In this document: positions 13,201 to 25,799 of the stretch, one piece after another
Layout of the letters: each line of letters opens with the position of its first letter
Position numbering within the stretch: the first letter of the stretch is position 1
From: Macrostomum lignano
Taxonomy: Eukaryota
Assembly: GCA_002269645.1 (NCBI GenBank)
Contig: NIVC01002363.1
Coordinates: 62,001 to 126,000, forward strand
DNA length: 64,000 nt
Direction of reading: 5' to 3'
Translations under genes and position numbers: made by a program
The notes under the pieces: generated by a model
What the model was told of the DNA's origin: nothing
The model's database searches: none
The model's input: the letters and a program-made list of their open reading frames with translations, nothing else

Positions 13201-15866
13201 GAGCCGAAAAAATCGAGAGCGAGAGAACCCGAGGCCCCGCCAGGGGCCGAGGGCGAGTGAATAATTTCTACCCATGGCGGCCGAAGGCCGACATGGGCTA
13301 GAAAGTATTTACGAGTAAATAAGTTAGACTCTTATGCATTTTGAAATTTCACGTTTTTTTGCTAAAAAATGCTCCTGTTTTGCAACCACTGCACCGATTG
13401 AGTTGAGTGAGGTGTCGATCGATAGAAAACTTTTAGATCTATCGAATGAATGTACTTTTAAATGCAGAGATTTTTTAAATGAGCCGTAAATTAACTGGAA
13501 AGACGATTTTTTCAAAAGTGCTTCTAGGAGATCTCAAAATTCTGGTACACCTTACGAGATACAGCTTCGACATCTGAGGATCAAAGTTGTAAAACTAAAT
13601 TTCCTACAAAATGGTATATGGCGCTTTGATTTATTTTGGTATCTTTATGTAGTTTTGGTGGGTTTTTTGGGTAAAAAAATGACCCTCATTTTATTATTTC
13701 CCCACTTTTTCCTACAAAGCTTATTGAGTTTCGGCTTCAAAGCAGTGCAGTTGGATGCGCAATGCAAATATCTACAAGTGTCTAAAGCTTTGTTTTCCTA
13801 CGCTTCTGCAGTGCTGAGAAAATTGACAAAAATTGATTTTTCAAAAAATCACATGACTTTCGCATTATTGCTCATTATAATTTTGAGAACATGGTGCGAA
13901 TAAGCCGACTTCGAATTTCTATAGCATAGTTGCTATACTATATTGGTGTAAATTGCTGCCATCTGCTTTCGCTGCTTTCGGATTGAAAAATCGATCAGAA
14001 ATCGATAATTTGTGATTTTTGGCTGATTGGGTGCCAGAAAAATGGGTGATTAAAATTTTAAAAGAATGCTAGATCAAATGCGGATACTGCAACGAGTTGT
14101 ACTAATGTCTGGCTAAAATTGACCAAGTTTTTGAGTGTCTGCAACAAGTGCTCATGTGTCAAAAGTGATTGGAAATCGATCAGAGTAGTGATTTTTTAAT
14201 ATTTTGCTTGAAATCAGGCAAAAAACGCAATAAGACGGCATTATTTTTATGATGGCTGATTTCCCAAAAAACGAGGCATATTTGTGTGCAATTTCTAGAG
14301 ATTCGGTTCATTGGGTAAAAAATTATCGATAAAAAACTGAAAACTTGACTTCTTACTTTTATGTTAGTTTCGGGGCTATTTAAACTGGAAATGGTAAGAA
14401 TTTTGCACTGAAACCAATGCACAGTATTCCATACAGCTAATTTAACAGATTTCTTGAGTTTCATAACCATTCAATGTTCTTTTGAGGTAAAAAATGCATT
14501 TTTTGCACCAAAATTCATCAGATTCATACCGCTTTGCATAATTTGCATTTGCATGCGATTGCTTGCATGGCTTTGGCGTTGGGCTGAGTTAAGCTGGTTA
14601 GAAAGGAAAGGAAAGGAAGGAATAATCGTACATACAATGTACACACCTGTCCCTTCCAAGTGGGGTTGTGGCAACGCGAGAGGGCTTGGCGGCTTGGTTT
14701 GGAGGGCGTGTAATAGAGCTTCATTTGACTCGCACACAGACCAAGGAAAATTAGATCGATAAACGGGCGTCACGTGATTAGAATTTCGTATTAAATTTAG
14801 CTCTTTAACTGCACATTTGAATTGCAAGCCCAGTACAAAGTTTGTTGGGCGCAAGATCCAAGTCACTACGTGTACAATCCTCCCCCCGACTAAAAAGTCA
14901 GGCGATACGGCTTCTGAAGTAGGTATGTACAGTGTTTTGGAAAGACTTTATTTATAGCTTTCTTTGCAAAATATAACCCTGCTACGCTCTGGAGTCATTA
15001 GAATTTTTTTTATATCGAGGCCTTCTAAAGCCTATTATAGAAGACTCGATTCCAGCTCATGGCTGCGGGTCAGATGAGAGAGAAAGAGAATAGAGAAGAG
15101 ATAAGACTAAAGAGAAGATAAGAGATAAAACGAGAGCTAGAAGCGAGAGGAGAGGAGAAGGGAGACTAGAGAGAGATTAGAGTGGAGAGAAACAGAACAG
15201 ACAAAGAGAGAAAATGGGAGAAGTAGAGATTTTTATTGAGCTTCTCAAAGTTCTTTTTCATCGGTACAAAACTAGGTTTATCAAGTAGTATGAAGACCCA
15301 CGTCTAAAAAGAAGCCCGTTCACTGGTGGCAAAAAGACATGTGCGTCTTCATACTACTTATAGGGCCTAATGAATTTGTAATAAACAAATAGACATTGAT
15401 TACTTGATGTAAAACTTATTTCAGATAGTATCATTATTGAATGAATTGGCAGTAAAACTGAAAAGGTTCAAGTTTTTATATTAGTTGTATATATTTTAGT
15501 TTCAACTATATTTTTGTGTCAATAGTTGTAAATTTGATTAAATAAACAATACTTAATATAACAATAGCTATTAGGTTGAAAATAATTGAGTAGAAAGAGT
15601 AAATATAATAGAGATTCAATTTTGAGGCCATCTTGGTCTTACATCTACTACAGTCTATAGGCCTATAGGAGGAATTAATTTAAAATTCCTAACATTAAAA
15701 TACATAGCTCACTTACCTTGAAAACTCGACCATATGTACCACTTCCAATTTCTCTAATGTTAATATAAAACTCCCATGGGTCTGAAACTTTAATAATGCT
15801 AAGCAACTGTGGATGCTTCTCAAATATTGCCTGTCTTGAGCAGTCTATATGATCACCTAGAGGCAT
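1852..15866 (-). CDS. MAP4K3: MAP4K3/5 (GCK-I family, happyhour-like) Ser/Thr kinase with C-terminal CNH domain; 8 exons: 15866-15717, 10233-10015, 9016-8768, 7661-7279, 6892-6377, 6057-5391, 4110-3460, 2034-1852; 3018 nt, 1005 aa
   Basis: All introns are GT-AG with compatible phases and the spliced length is divisible by 3. Motifs: [80 protein letters not shown]; CNH start ([10 protein letters not shown]...GANEGLY) and CNH end ([14 protein letters not shown]...LERRPVSDP). The symbol is approximate: this is probably the single invertebrate orthologue of MAP4K1/2/3/5. The exon-7 acceptor (4110) is the least certain boundary. Confidence 0.93.
2190..2492 (-). mobile_element. tRNA-derived CORE-type SINE, copy 1
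   Basis: Reverse complement of the 21628-21969 element; A/B-box tRNA head (GGTTCGATTC) and AT-rich tail. Confidence 0.85.
2560..3445. repeat. 26-bp tandem repeat (CATATACTACTAG+ATATACTACTCAA, built from two 13-mers) in MAP4K intron 7
   Basis: Visible periodicity. Confidence 0.95.
3460..4110 (-). CDS. MAP4K3: MAP4K exon 7 (CNH domain)
   Basis: TKVPGTKGC...[14 protein letters not shown]...LAFYKHGYQ; donor GTGCGT. Confidence 0.85.
4170..5355. repeat. 16-bp tandem repeat (TCTGAGCTATCAATCA) filling MAP4K intron 6
   Basis: Visible periodicity, e.g. CTGAGCT at 4624 and 4640. Confidence 0.95.
5391..6057 (-). CDS. MAP4K3: MAP4K exon 6 (linker and CNH N-terminus)
   Basis: GGCAG| acceptor, |GTGAGC donor; [15 protein letters not shown]...[10 protein letters not shown]...HPQLYRFDL. 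Confidence 0.88.
6154..6255. repeat. 34-bp repeat x3 in MAP4K intron 5
   Basis: ATTGCGGTAATACTCA starts at 6154, 6188 and 6222. Confidence 0.9.
6377..6892 (-). CDS. MAP4K3: MAP4K exon 5 (polyQ and proline-rich linker)
   Basis: Phase-compatible TTTCAG| acceptor and |GTAAGC donor; long CAG/CAA tract; PxxP motifs. Confidence 0.85.
6925..7245. repeat. (CTGT)n/(CTGC)n microsatellite filling MAP4K intron 4
   Basis: Direct inspection. Confidence 0.97.
7279..7661 (-). CDS. MAP4K3: MAP4K exon 4 (kinase C-lobe)
   Basis: [32 protein letters not shown]...[13 protein letters not shown]; phase-2 donor GTACGT. Confidence 0.95.
7690..8695. repeat. 22-bp tandem repeat (TAAGGGGCGATTCTTATTGGGG) filling MAP4K intron 3
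   Basis: Period 22 (ATTCTT at 7741 and 7763). Confidence 0.95.
8768..9016 (-). CDS. MAP4K3: MAP4K exon 3 (catalytic loop, DFG, APE)
   Basis: [32 protein letters not shown]; CAG| and |GTCAGA. Confidence 0.95.
9199..9921 (+). mobile_element. hAT Charlie/MER58-like MITE with an internal polypurine tract, copy 2
   Basis: TIRs CAGGGGTCGGCAAAC / GTTTGCTGACCCCTG; right flank GCCTAGAC resembles the Charlie NTCTAGAN target. Confidence 0.8.
10015..10233 (-). CDS. MAP4K3: MAP4K exon 2 (kinase subdomains II-V); absent from the supplied ORF track
   Basis: Hand translation [73 protein letters not shown], bounded by TAG| and |GTAATT. Confidence 0.93.
10530..11510 (-). pseudogene. Degenerate hAT-superfamily transposase in MAP4K intron 1
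   Basis: Frameshifted pieces FEILWVLH...KRMFPD...[42 protein letters not shown]...LYDSM; in-frame stops; GTGCCAAA-like motifs repeated at 11660-12090. Confidence 0.75.
15055..15230 (+). mobile_element. Fragment of the MER58-like purine-tract MITE
   Basis: CATGGCTGCGGGTC followed by a purine tract matches CATGACTGCGGGCC plus tract in copies 1 and 2. Confidence 0.45.
15717..15866 (-). CDS. MAP4K3: MAP4K exon 1 (ATG through glycine-rich loop)
   Basis: MPLGDH...[13 protein letters not shown] followed by donor GTAAGT. Confidence 0.85.
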
Positions 15867-16340
15867 GATGATGCCAAAAATTAGGCCCTGAATATTGGCT
15901 GACTAGGCCTGCTTCATTGATCGACAAATACTACTAAAGTAGAATAGGCCTACCTACAGCTTAATATTATCATCAGCAGGAATCAATGCGCTTTAGCTAG
16001 GCCTAGGCTAACAAGTGGGCGGGGCAAGGCAGGGGCAGTAGAATTATTTCATTTTAATTTGATTGAGAGGTTGTAACGATTTAACTAATCTTAGACAAAG
16101 CAGGCGTGTATTAACTTCGTACTAACTCCAAAAAGTTTATTTCCTGTTAATTGTTTATTCCGGTCGAAGGCAAAAACAATTTGATTATTTGACCCACACC
16201 ATTAAATACAAGGCTTCAGGCTCGAGTTTGACAGCCAGCGACTGGGATTAGAAATTAGTAAATTAATCAAAATTGAAAAATTGTTTACACTTTTAAACAA
16301 ATTTTCGTAAAAATATCTAAAAATTAAAAAAATTATCGTT

Positions 16341-16386
<46 letters not shown>

Positions 16387-16818
16387 TGAATAACAAAATA
16401 TGAAGCACTTTAAAAAGTTATAAGTAACTATTAATATGTAAGGCGCTACTTTATTCATCGCAGGCCATTTATGGTCAACAATTCATAAGTATTTTTAGGT
16501 TTGCGTTTTCTGCAGACATAAAAAGGTTAATAAATGTAACGGAACTAATTTTTAGTAGTTCTAATTATATCTTCTAATATTTTTTATTAGAAGACAAGTC
16601 GCGTACATCTGTATTTTACACTTTATAAATGTCTATTTATTGAATTATGTACCTTAATTTACTACACATAGTACATTTACATTATATAGACGTGCGTTAA
16701 TGAATACACCGTACCACTGTGGATAAACCGATGCTGGACTACTATCGTGGTCGCAAACCGTTAAATCCCTAGTTATTGTACGGTGCAAATTGTGTAATCC
16801 AGTCAATTACATAACCTG

Positions 16819-17179
16819 CAGGCGCGGATCGTTACCTAGGGAAACAGGGGGACATGTCCCCCAGTAGAAGCTCTGGGGGGGACATGCCAATGCTTTGTAC
16901 CCCTAACCCACCTTGTGAGTCGTTGTGTTAATCAATCATTTTTCTTCAGGGCGCCAAAATGAGTACCTGCGGCGCTCAACTGAGTGGCTGCGGCGCTAAA
17001 AGGAATGCCTGCGGCGCCAAAAAAGTACCTGCTGCGCAAAAATGAGTGCCTTTGGCGCTTAAATTATCGTGCTTGCGGCGCCAAAACGAGTGCCAAAATT
17101 TAGTCATGTTCATGTACATGTTGAATTCTTGCATGGCTTTGTCCCCCCCCCCACCATAAAATCCATGGCGACGCCCCTG
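16819..17179 (+). mobile_element. hAT MITE family 2 (internal 21-bp VNTR), copy 1
   Basis: Homologous to 42157-42653 and 57630-57993; ends ...GGCGACGCCCCTG; left TIR degenerate, no TSD. Confidence 0.75.
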
Positions 17180-18583
17180 TGTACATGTACTTTACTGTAT
17201 ACAGCTTACACATGCAAGTCTTGACTTCCCGTTAAGCAATCCGACGTCGCCCTCCCCCTCCAAGCCACAGTGAAGTGTACATGTTTACATGCCTAACGAT
17301 AAATAAAGAGAAAGTTTGGCTTAAGCATGGCTTAAAGGGAGGCTTTGATGTTAAAGCTCACACACAGAGAGAGGATGCTAACAGTTATATCTTAGCTGGC
17401 TTTCAAGGTTGATGCTTTCTGCTTTACATGTATGCGTGTCAAAGCTACATGTATAAGATCGAGTGGTTTGTTAAAAAATCATTCCTTCAATTGTTGCTCC
17501 CCAATAGCTGGGACGCAGATTGCTATAGTAGCAAAGCTATATAAATCTCAGTTTAGGCCTAGGGCAATAAAACTTCCTTTGCGGCTATATAGAGACTTCA
17601 TTAATTTAGTACTGCATGGACGACTTAGCTTGTAACTGTCAACGAAGAAGAGCAAGAAGCAGAGGGAACTTCTCCCAGTCTCCCATTGAACCTGCAGAAT
17701 AAAACGATCGGCATGACAGCTACTTAATTATTTGCCGTGTAGTTGTCTACAAAACCTGGACTATAGGATTTCGCAAGTAGCTTTACATAGTTGCTCCACC
17801 GTAGACGAGCAGCGTGTAGTCGCGTTAAGGCGGCCGACTTTCACCAACAGATCGAACGTTCAGATTGTCTGTTCAATCATCTACGATATTGTCTCGCCTC
17901 AATAGCACTCGCATACTTCTCGTGCAGTGAGTTCAATTGTCACCTGCTCCGGCCTCCAACCCCACCGCAGCAGTCTTTTAATTTCAAATGCAAATCCTCC
18001 TATTATAAGTAGCACGTACACGGCATAAAGATATGGGAGTAAAATGCAATTGTCTAATATTAGGACTGGTCACAATTTCTAGCTTGTTATTACCATTGAC
18101 AGCAAGGTAGGTGATATCGAACTACTACAGTAGCTATTCATTCGGAAAGTAACAATAGCTCTATTAATGTAATCCTTAATGAAACCGGAAGCAATCGCCG
18201 GAAAAACCAGCCTTTTAATCTAGCATTAAACCCTGGTTATTCTGTGGACAGGACTCAGGTACTGCTGGGAAGTACATGAGATGCACAGTAGGCAGGGAAA
18301 GTCAAGCGCAAAAATTTGCGATCAATATGGGCTCAGGCCAATCAACTAAGGCCCATGCCATTCTCAAGACCCTACCTATGCTTTTCTATACCATGAAACT
18401 GCTTTAAAACTAGCTTTTATTGCTTCAGTTGTCATGGCAGCAGTAGTGAGGAAGGATAGACTTTGCAATATTGTCCTCTGTTACCTAATCTGGAAATATA
18501 ATAGCATTCATTATCTGAAATAAACGGTGTATCGGTGAAGCTGAAGCGCAAGAACCGCAGTTCGTGTTGAATCCCCTCTGAAA

Positions 18584-20780
18584 ATGAACCCTGACAACGT
18601 GATTTTTCTTCTGCTGGTGTCGTTGCAGAGCATTTCTGCTCAGTCCTTTAACCCCAGCTGTCAGAAGCTGAGACTTAATCTGACGAGCATATCCGGCTGC
18701 CCAATCGACTCAAACTCAACGCAGCTGTCTCTGCAACTGAACAGCGGGGAACAGTGCGCCCTGCTCTGCGCCAGGAGATCCTGGTGCGCTGCGATGAGCT
18801 TCGATACTGATGGTGTCTGCCGACTATTCACTGCGGAGACGGCGCTGCTAGGCTGGAATGCGTCCTGCACCGGTGTGCGCTCCGCTCGGGTGTCCACCGA
18901 TCGACTGGAGAACTACCGAACTGGTGAGATTGGCCACTGTAAAATCAAGTCAGGGTTCTTGGATGTTTAAATGAAGCAGCTTTATTACTAATTAATCTAC
19001 ATCACGCAGAGTACCTGGCAACTCGAAACGTGACTCACAAGCGGATCCATATTCCGAACAACTCTGTGAAGATCTTCGCCGCCTGGCTGCAGCACCAGCC
19101 GGGTAACGCATCGCTCATTAGCTGTGTTGCCAAGTGCAGCGTAGTGCCGGCCTGTCGCGGGATTGTGTTCAACTCTAGCAACTGTTCTCTGCTCACCGAC
19201 CACCCGCTGTGCCGCTGGTTTGAGCAGCCACTAAACAGCTTGGAGTTGGATGTCTATGTGAGTAAGCAACTAAGTGCATTCGGTTTTATTTACTTGAAAA
19301 TATTGAAAATCTCTAATTTGAAGTAACCCACGAGATTTAGGTTTAGTCATTTTTGACGTTTATATTTTTTCAAAATAAGGAGTTCTACACTGTTGGGACT
19401 CAGCAGTGCTTCGAAACTGTCAATCTTCGAGTGTCGGACGCGTTGAGCTTTGACCGGCTGTGGGCCGAGTACAAGGCCGGCTTCGGCAATTATCACGGCA
19501 ATTATTTTGCTGGTAAATTTTGACGTACGCTCGTACTGCTGCGCATATAGACATCAAGGACCACTGTACAAAATGTAAAATTCAAAGATAGTATAATTTT
19601 TAGGAGGCCAATTTCCTAGAAAAAATACACCACGGAGAGAGGAAAAATTCGAATAAAATCTTTTCTTATGTTTTTTATTAAATCAAGTAGCTATATATTA
19701 TAGTTATAAAAATTGTTGCTTTCTGGTAATCTTAAGCCATTATTGTAGGCATAGTTCCATTTCAATGCATTTTAGTCGCTATGAGATTTAGTTATATAGA
19801 TTCCTATTACCTGTCTAAGTAATTAAATGTAAACAGTGTTTTATCATTTTTCATATTGTTTTCTTTAGAAAGCTACCAACTTTACAGCCAAGGCCTAGCT
19901 TAAGGCTAAGAGTACCGGTATGCATCATTAACAATACTTGCTTCAAGAAGGAACCCAAGCAAAACATTGATTGTGAGCATATTTAAAACTTTGGCCCTTA
20001 TGAAATAAACAGAAAACAATATGAAAATGAAACTTTCACTGCACAACTCTGTAAAATACAACAGGCTTAACATGATTTGCATGCTAAATAAAAAATGGCA
20101 TCTTTACTGCCCCAAATCAAATGCAATCATTGATTTTTAATGAAGAAATGTCTTTTTTCTATTTCCGCGGTGTATTTTTTTCCAGGAAATTAGCCTCCTA
20201 AAATACACGATCCATAAGGTTTACGTACTGTTATACTACAATGGTCCTTGATACACGTGAGCTGTGCTATTTAGAAGAATATTACTGTACAAGAACTGTA
20301 CCTCTCATATCGCCAGGTCTGCAGTGGCTTCACAGCCGCACAAGCGCTCAGCCCAGCAGCAACCGGCTCCGCGTCGACCTGCTTTACTGGAACGACACCT
20401 ACATCTACGCCTACTACCTGAACGTTCGAATTGAGTCAGAGAGCACCAACTACACAGTCTCTGCTTACACCTATTCGCCTGAAGGTGGAAGTCTAAAAAA
20501 TAACCTGTTCAAAGGCCTGAATATACAGTTTGTAACTCGAGATCGCGGACAAAGTGCTAGTGACTGCCATATTAATTGCGCCATCCGTTACGTGCCTCAC
20601 TGGCATAAATGCTGCCACAGCTCCGGCCCGTTTGGCCTCTATTTCAACTATCCGACAGCGCTGAACGTGCCAGGCAGCTACCGAGCCCAAGGCATTGTCT
20701 GGGCTGGAAATGCTCCAAATAACATCACGGATGGATTTTATTATAGCTTCAAGCAGCTGGAGATACTCATGCTAATCTGA
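18584..20780 (+). CDS. Secreted PAN/apple x2 + fibrinogen C-terminal (FReD) protein; exons 18584-18923, 19010-19257, 19380-19512, 20317-20780; 394 aa
   Basis: Hydrophobic signal (VIFLLLVSLQSISA). Two PAN-like Cys patterns (QCALLCARRSWCAAMSF...C; SCVAKCSVVPACRGIVF..C). FReD motifs FDRLWAEYKAGFGNYHGNYFAGLQWLH, LRVDL, FVTRDR, HWHKCCHSS. GT-AG phases 1/0/1; total 1185 nt. Confidence 0.85.
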
Positions 20781-20859
20781 ACTTTTTGTCCAAGGAAAAT
20801 CTTGGTTTGTGAATTAAAAAGTCGATAAACACTTTTATTGTTTAGAGAGACATCTATAA

Positions 20860-21923
20860 TTGAGCTATAGTAGAAAGGACGGCAGTACTACTTCGTATAT
20901 CAACATTAGTCGTTTTCTGATGTGCCGCAATGCGAGAGCAAAGTTGCATCAAAAAAAAATTGAAGACGTTCTGATCACAACGTATTCGCTGTAGATCTCT
21001 TAAAATCGATCTCTTAAAAGCGCGGTTTTTTTTACTCAAATCGTCAACGTCAATTGAAACATTTTAAAAAAACTCTTCTAAATCTTTTTGTGGTCGTTTT
21101 CAACTTTTTTATCCTTCAATCAGATACTTGAACAGCTATAGAATGTTAGTTTTTTATTCTTAGCTAATGTCAACGTGTATCCTAGCTATCAATCGAATGC
21201 ATTGTTAATAGCTGGATTTTTACGTTTTGTACTTTTTTCTTGTCTGTTTTCCTGTAACAAAATCGCAATAGATGACTAAGATTCGGTAAAAAATGAATTT
21301 CTTTGCCAATCAATATTTTATTTTTATAGAAGCTCTGTCGTGTCGATATGCTTGTACGAGCAATAATTCTGTGAAACGTGCACTATAGAAACTTGTATGC
21401 TGTCTTTTTTTTAATTACAATGTTAACTCATATTGCCTCACGTAGTTTCGGAATCTTATAGACCCGATCCTCATCTGCCATATATGGCAATGTTCTCGAA
21501 ACTTTCTCGCGCATCTTTTCGAGTCTATAAATAGAAACGCCCCACAATAGGAACCAAGACTTTTACATTTACTACTGTCAAAAATTTGGAATCTCTGCTC
21601 ACTTTACACATTCATTTACATAAAGATAGTCTGAGGGCTGTAGCCTAGTGGTTTGAGCGTCGGACTCACGACTGAAAGGTCGGGGGTTCGATTCTCGACC
21701 TACTCGGAACGATTTGTGTCCTTGAGCAAGACACTTAACTCTGCATTGCTTCAGTTCACCCAGCTGTAAAATGGGTGCCAGCATTAGCTGGGGTAATTGA
21801 GGGTGTGTGTGGCGACCCCCCAGTCCTTGGACTGAACAGCCGTACGCAGCCTTCAGATGCGCCGCGCAATAGCTGCGGCTGAGCTGTCGGTTGCACATCT
21901 GCCCATTGGGGCGGGTGTAATCA

Positions 21924-21970
<47 letters not shown>

Positions 21971-23200
21971 AAAGATTACAGAACTCTTTCAGAATAAAGT
22001 TAAGCACTTTAGCATGCGAGTTGAGGTCTTCAGCAAGTTTCTATTGGAGCACTCATGAATTTATACACTGAATCTTAAAGTATTAAACAGCCATTCCGAT
22101 CTCGTGTGGTAAAAATACGTTGAACTCTTAGCCAAAAAAGCGACTGCCGAAAGCAGAGAAATGAAGTTGTCAAACAGGCGCAAACCAAGGCAAGTCGTTG
22201 ATCAGTGACACTTCCTCTAAGGAGCAAAGCTTGACTTGCCTGACGAGAGAAGCACCCGAGATTCTTCAGCCCCAAGCAGGTCCTTAGAAGACACTTAACT
22301 CTTTTTGATTCTCTTCAGAAGCAGCATCTGCTTTTGTTTCCCTCTCTTTTTTCATGATTAACCAACCGGAACATGCAAGCAACCAAAAGCAGCCTTAAGC
22401 AGACCAACAGCAACTGTATGCAGACCAGGTGCTATAGTAATTACGGGGGGAGAGACTGACGGGGAGGCAGTCTTAAACCACTACCTTATCTGCTACCTTA
22501 GAGTTGCGTAGGGTTAAAGTGCGACAAGTCAGCAAGGTGCATTTCTTCAACTTGGCAAATGCATCAAACCATTGAAAATGAACTATTACAAGCCTTTCAT
22601 GTATTAAATATTAATCAGGCAATAAAGTTTCATATTTAAGCGCACCTAATCAGCAGTTCATACTTATATTTATAACTACATATATTTTTCGAATTTGATA
22701 CAAAATGTAAAAGAAGAAGAGTAAAATTGCGTTCTTACGTCTAAAACAGTAATAAAGAACTTTAGACGGGAGAAAAGTACCGGTATAATTACTACTCGTA
22801 ATAGTAACGCATGTACAAAGTGCCTAATAAACGAGACAAGTAACTGACAACTATGAAAGCTAGCTATTGCTTTTCCCAACGTAATTTTAGGTTTGTACAA
22901 GCAAATTTAGTTTTTAGTTTAAGACTCGAAGACCCTAATCCTTTTCACGCAGATCAGACCACATGCAGAAGCGGATGATTAGTTCCCTTGGTATATTTGA
23001 CTAAAGCATGACGTACCTGTAGGGTTGTGTTAGATTAGAATATAGAAAAATGTCTGTGGCTATCACCTGCCAATAAATGTCTGTGGTCACCACCTGCAAA
23101 TAAATGGCCAAGGACAACTTGATAATCAAGTTATCAAGTTGTCCTTGTAAATGGCTGTGGCTATCACCTGCCAATAAATGCCTTTGGTCACCACCTGCCA
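20860..23200 (+). repeat. Dispersed ~2-kb non-coding repeat 'E', copy 1
   Basis: Shared blocks (TATTCTTAGCTAATG, GCCATATATGGCA, AGCAAAGCTTGACTTG, GCAGATCAGA) also occur at 38095-39945 and 52285-53830. Confidence 0.75.
21628..21969 (+). mobile_element. tRNA-derived CORE-type SINE, copy 2, with (ATT)n tail
   Basis: TGTAGCCTAGTGG...GGTTCGATTCTCGACC head; core GTGTCCTTGAGCAAGACACTTAACTC...CAGCTGTAAAATGGG; flanked by a near-duplicated ACA(T)AAAGAT; the empty site is visible in E copies at ~39445 and ~52680. Confidence 0.88.
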
Positions 23201-23204
23201 GTAA

Positions 23205-23845
<641 letters not shown>

Positions 23846-25714
23846 ATATTACATAGATTTCACCTGATATTTTTGTGATAGAAACCATATTTTTGCATAC
23901 TAATTTTATTACCTAGCTGGTTGAATCTGATAAATTTAATTAGCTCGTACAACAAATCCATGATTTTACGGTAAAGTCCGGTATTTCTATTTGATTTCTT
24001 AGGATATTTTTAATGAGCAGATTACAGTTGGACAGGAAATGTCCTGAAGGCGAGCTCACTTGTGTACTCGTATTTTTGGCAGCACTGCAAAAAATACATT
24101 TGTGCGAATTCTGCAAGATTTTAACATAGAAAATGGTGTAAAATATAATACGCTCGTAAGAATTTACAATTTCAAAAATAAATATTTAATTTTATGGAAA
24201 ATTAAATGTAGGACACCAGCATACCTATTTTTTCACAGAAAACAATCTTCTAAATATACGAGCGTACCAAATCTCTAAGGTTTGCTTGCTTGCTTGCTTG
24301 CTTGCTTGCCCATAGCGATCTAGAGCTCGCTTTCCTTGACCGATTTTCTTCAAACTTGCACACCATTCGATCAGAAATTTTCCCGTGACGGTACAAGTGT
24401 CTTGGCTAAGAAATTGCGAAATTGCTCGATGCTAAAGGGATTAAATATTCGAAAGGCATGTGTTACAGGGGTCTTGGGGGAGGGGAAGTTTTCCTATTCT
24501 GACACCAAATCTGTTGTGGGGGAAGTTATGGGATTTTTGGGATTTCTGAAAGATATGCTAGTTTTATTACTAATAGGAGTAAGCCAATGGTTGCTCCTGG
24601 TGGCGTGAGTGTCCGAGCGGCAAGACACTGTCTAAATTAAACTTAACTAGTCCGAGGGAGGGCTACGCGATGGATCGGAGTTGCCTGGGAAACGGGGCGC
24701 ACAAAAGGGGAATTCAATAGCTAATAGGGAATGCTGACATGGGAAGGATATGCCTTAATAGGGAATTAGCTAAGGGCAGGACGCCTAAGCAGACAGTGTA
24801 TCTGGATAAGGAGTTGGCAGATCGCCAGGTTACTCAGAGATCTGGGAAAGGGAGGCCTCACGCCTGTCAACTGATAAAGGGAAAAGGGGGGGGGTTAGAA
24901 ATATTACTCAGTAAGAGACTGTACGTTCTCTGGGGGAGAGGGAGAAAAGGCTGTACGCTTAAAGCTGAACAGGACCTCTCGGGGAAGGGGAAAGGCGGGC
25001 GCCTTCAAAGGAATAACTCATAGATTGGTCTATTTTTGGAACAACTGTTCAATTCGGCCGAAGGGCAAAACCTGTTACTAGAGGCGGCCACAGAAGTTGG
25101 GCTTCTACAAGTCTATTTCTAGTATTTATAGTAACTTTAGTAAAAATGGCGGACAAATCATAACAAAACTTTAAAAATAGGAGGCACTATAAGCGTATTT
25201 TAGACAGAACAACAATATTTAGGCTACTTTTAATGATCAAATAGACAGAAATATTTTGCTAATAAATGGATATATAATTTTCATAACGCATTTAACGCGT
25301 ATTATACATAATATAAGCAAGTATTACTGTATCACTATATCACATGCTTTTTTGTAAAGGTCAAGCTCTGACTTTGCGACTTGAAATGCATTGTAAGAAT
25401 GCTAGGCGTGAGTGTTGCTGTAACCTGTTATTAATTTTAATGAATCCAATTTAAGTTAAATCTAAATCCACCTAACTGCTGTAGAGATTGAACCGATTAA
25501 CTAATTCTGATCGCGTTTTCGCCAAAAGAATCGGAATTGTCTTGAAAGAAGACAGTTCAAATTTCTTTATTCTGCTTCAATGCTAAAGGTATTAAATATT
25601 CGAAAAACAAGTTTCTCGAATACTACCAATGGGAGGCTAGAAAAGGTAAAAATCTCGACTGACTGAATTGAAATTTCAATTAAATTGCGCCACAACATTT
25701 CTCTCCCCACTGTG

Positions 25715-25798
25715 TAGGCCTGAATACTGTCTGCAGTGTGCAGTGTCTTTGAGAAATCCTTCGGGGTGCTTCAGGTGCTAAGTCAAGTAAGTCAAGTC
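25715..25798 (+). mobile_element. Probable 3' end of an RTE-type LINE/SINE
   Basis: Ends in the RTE-like short tail CTAAGTCAAGTAAGTCAAGTC. Confidence 0.4.
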
Positions 25799-25799
25799 C

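Noticed and set aside
21635-21710. tRNA gene (Val-like CAC loop)
   Set aside because: It is the head of a SINE: the acceptor stem is not closed and it continues into CORE and tail in both copies.
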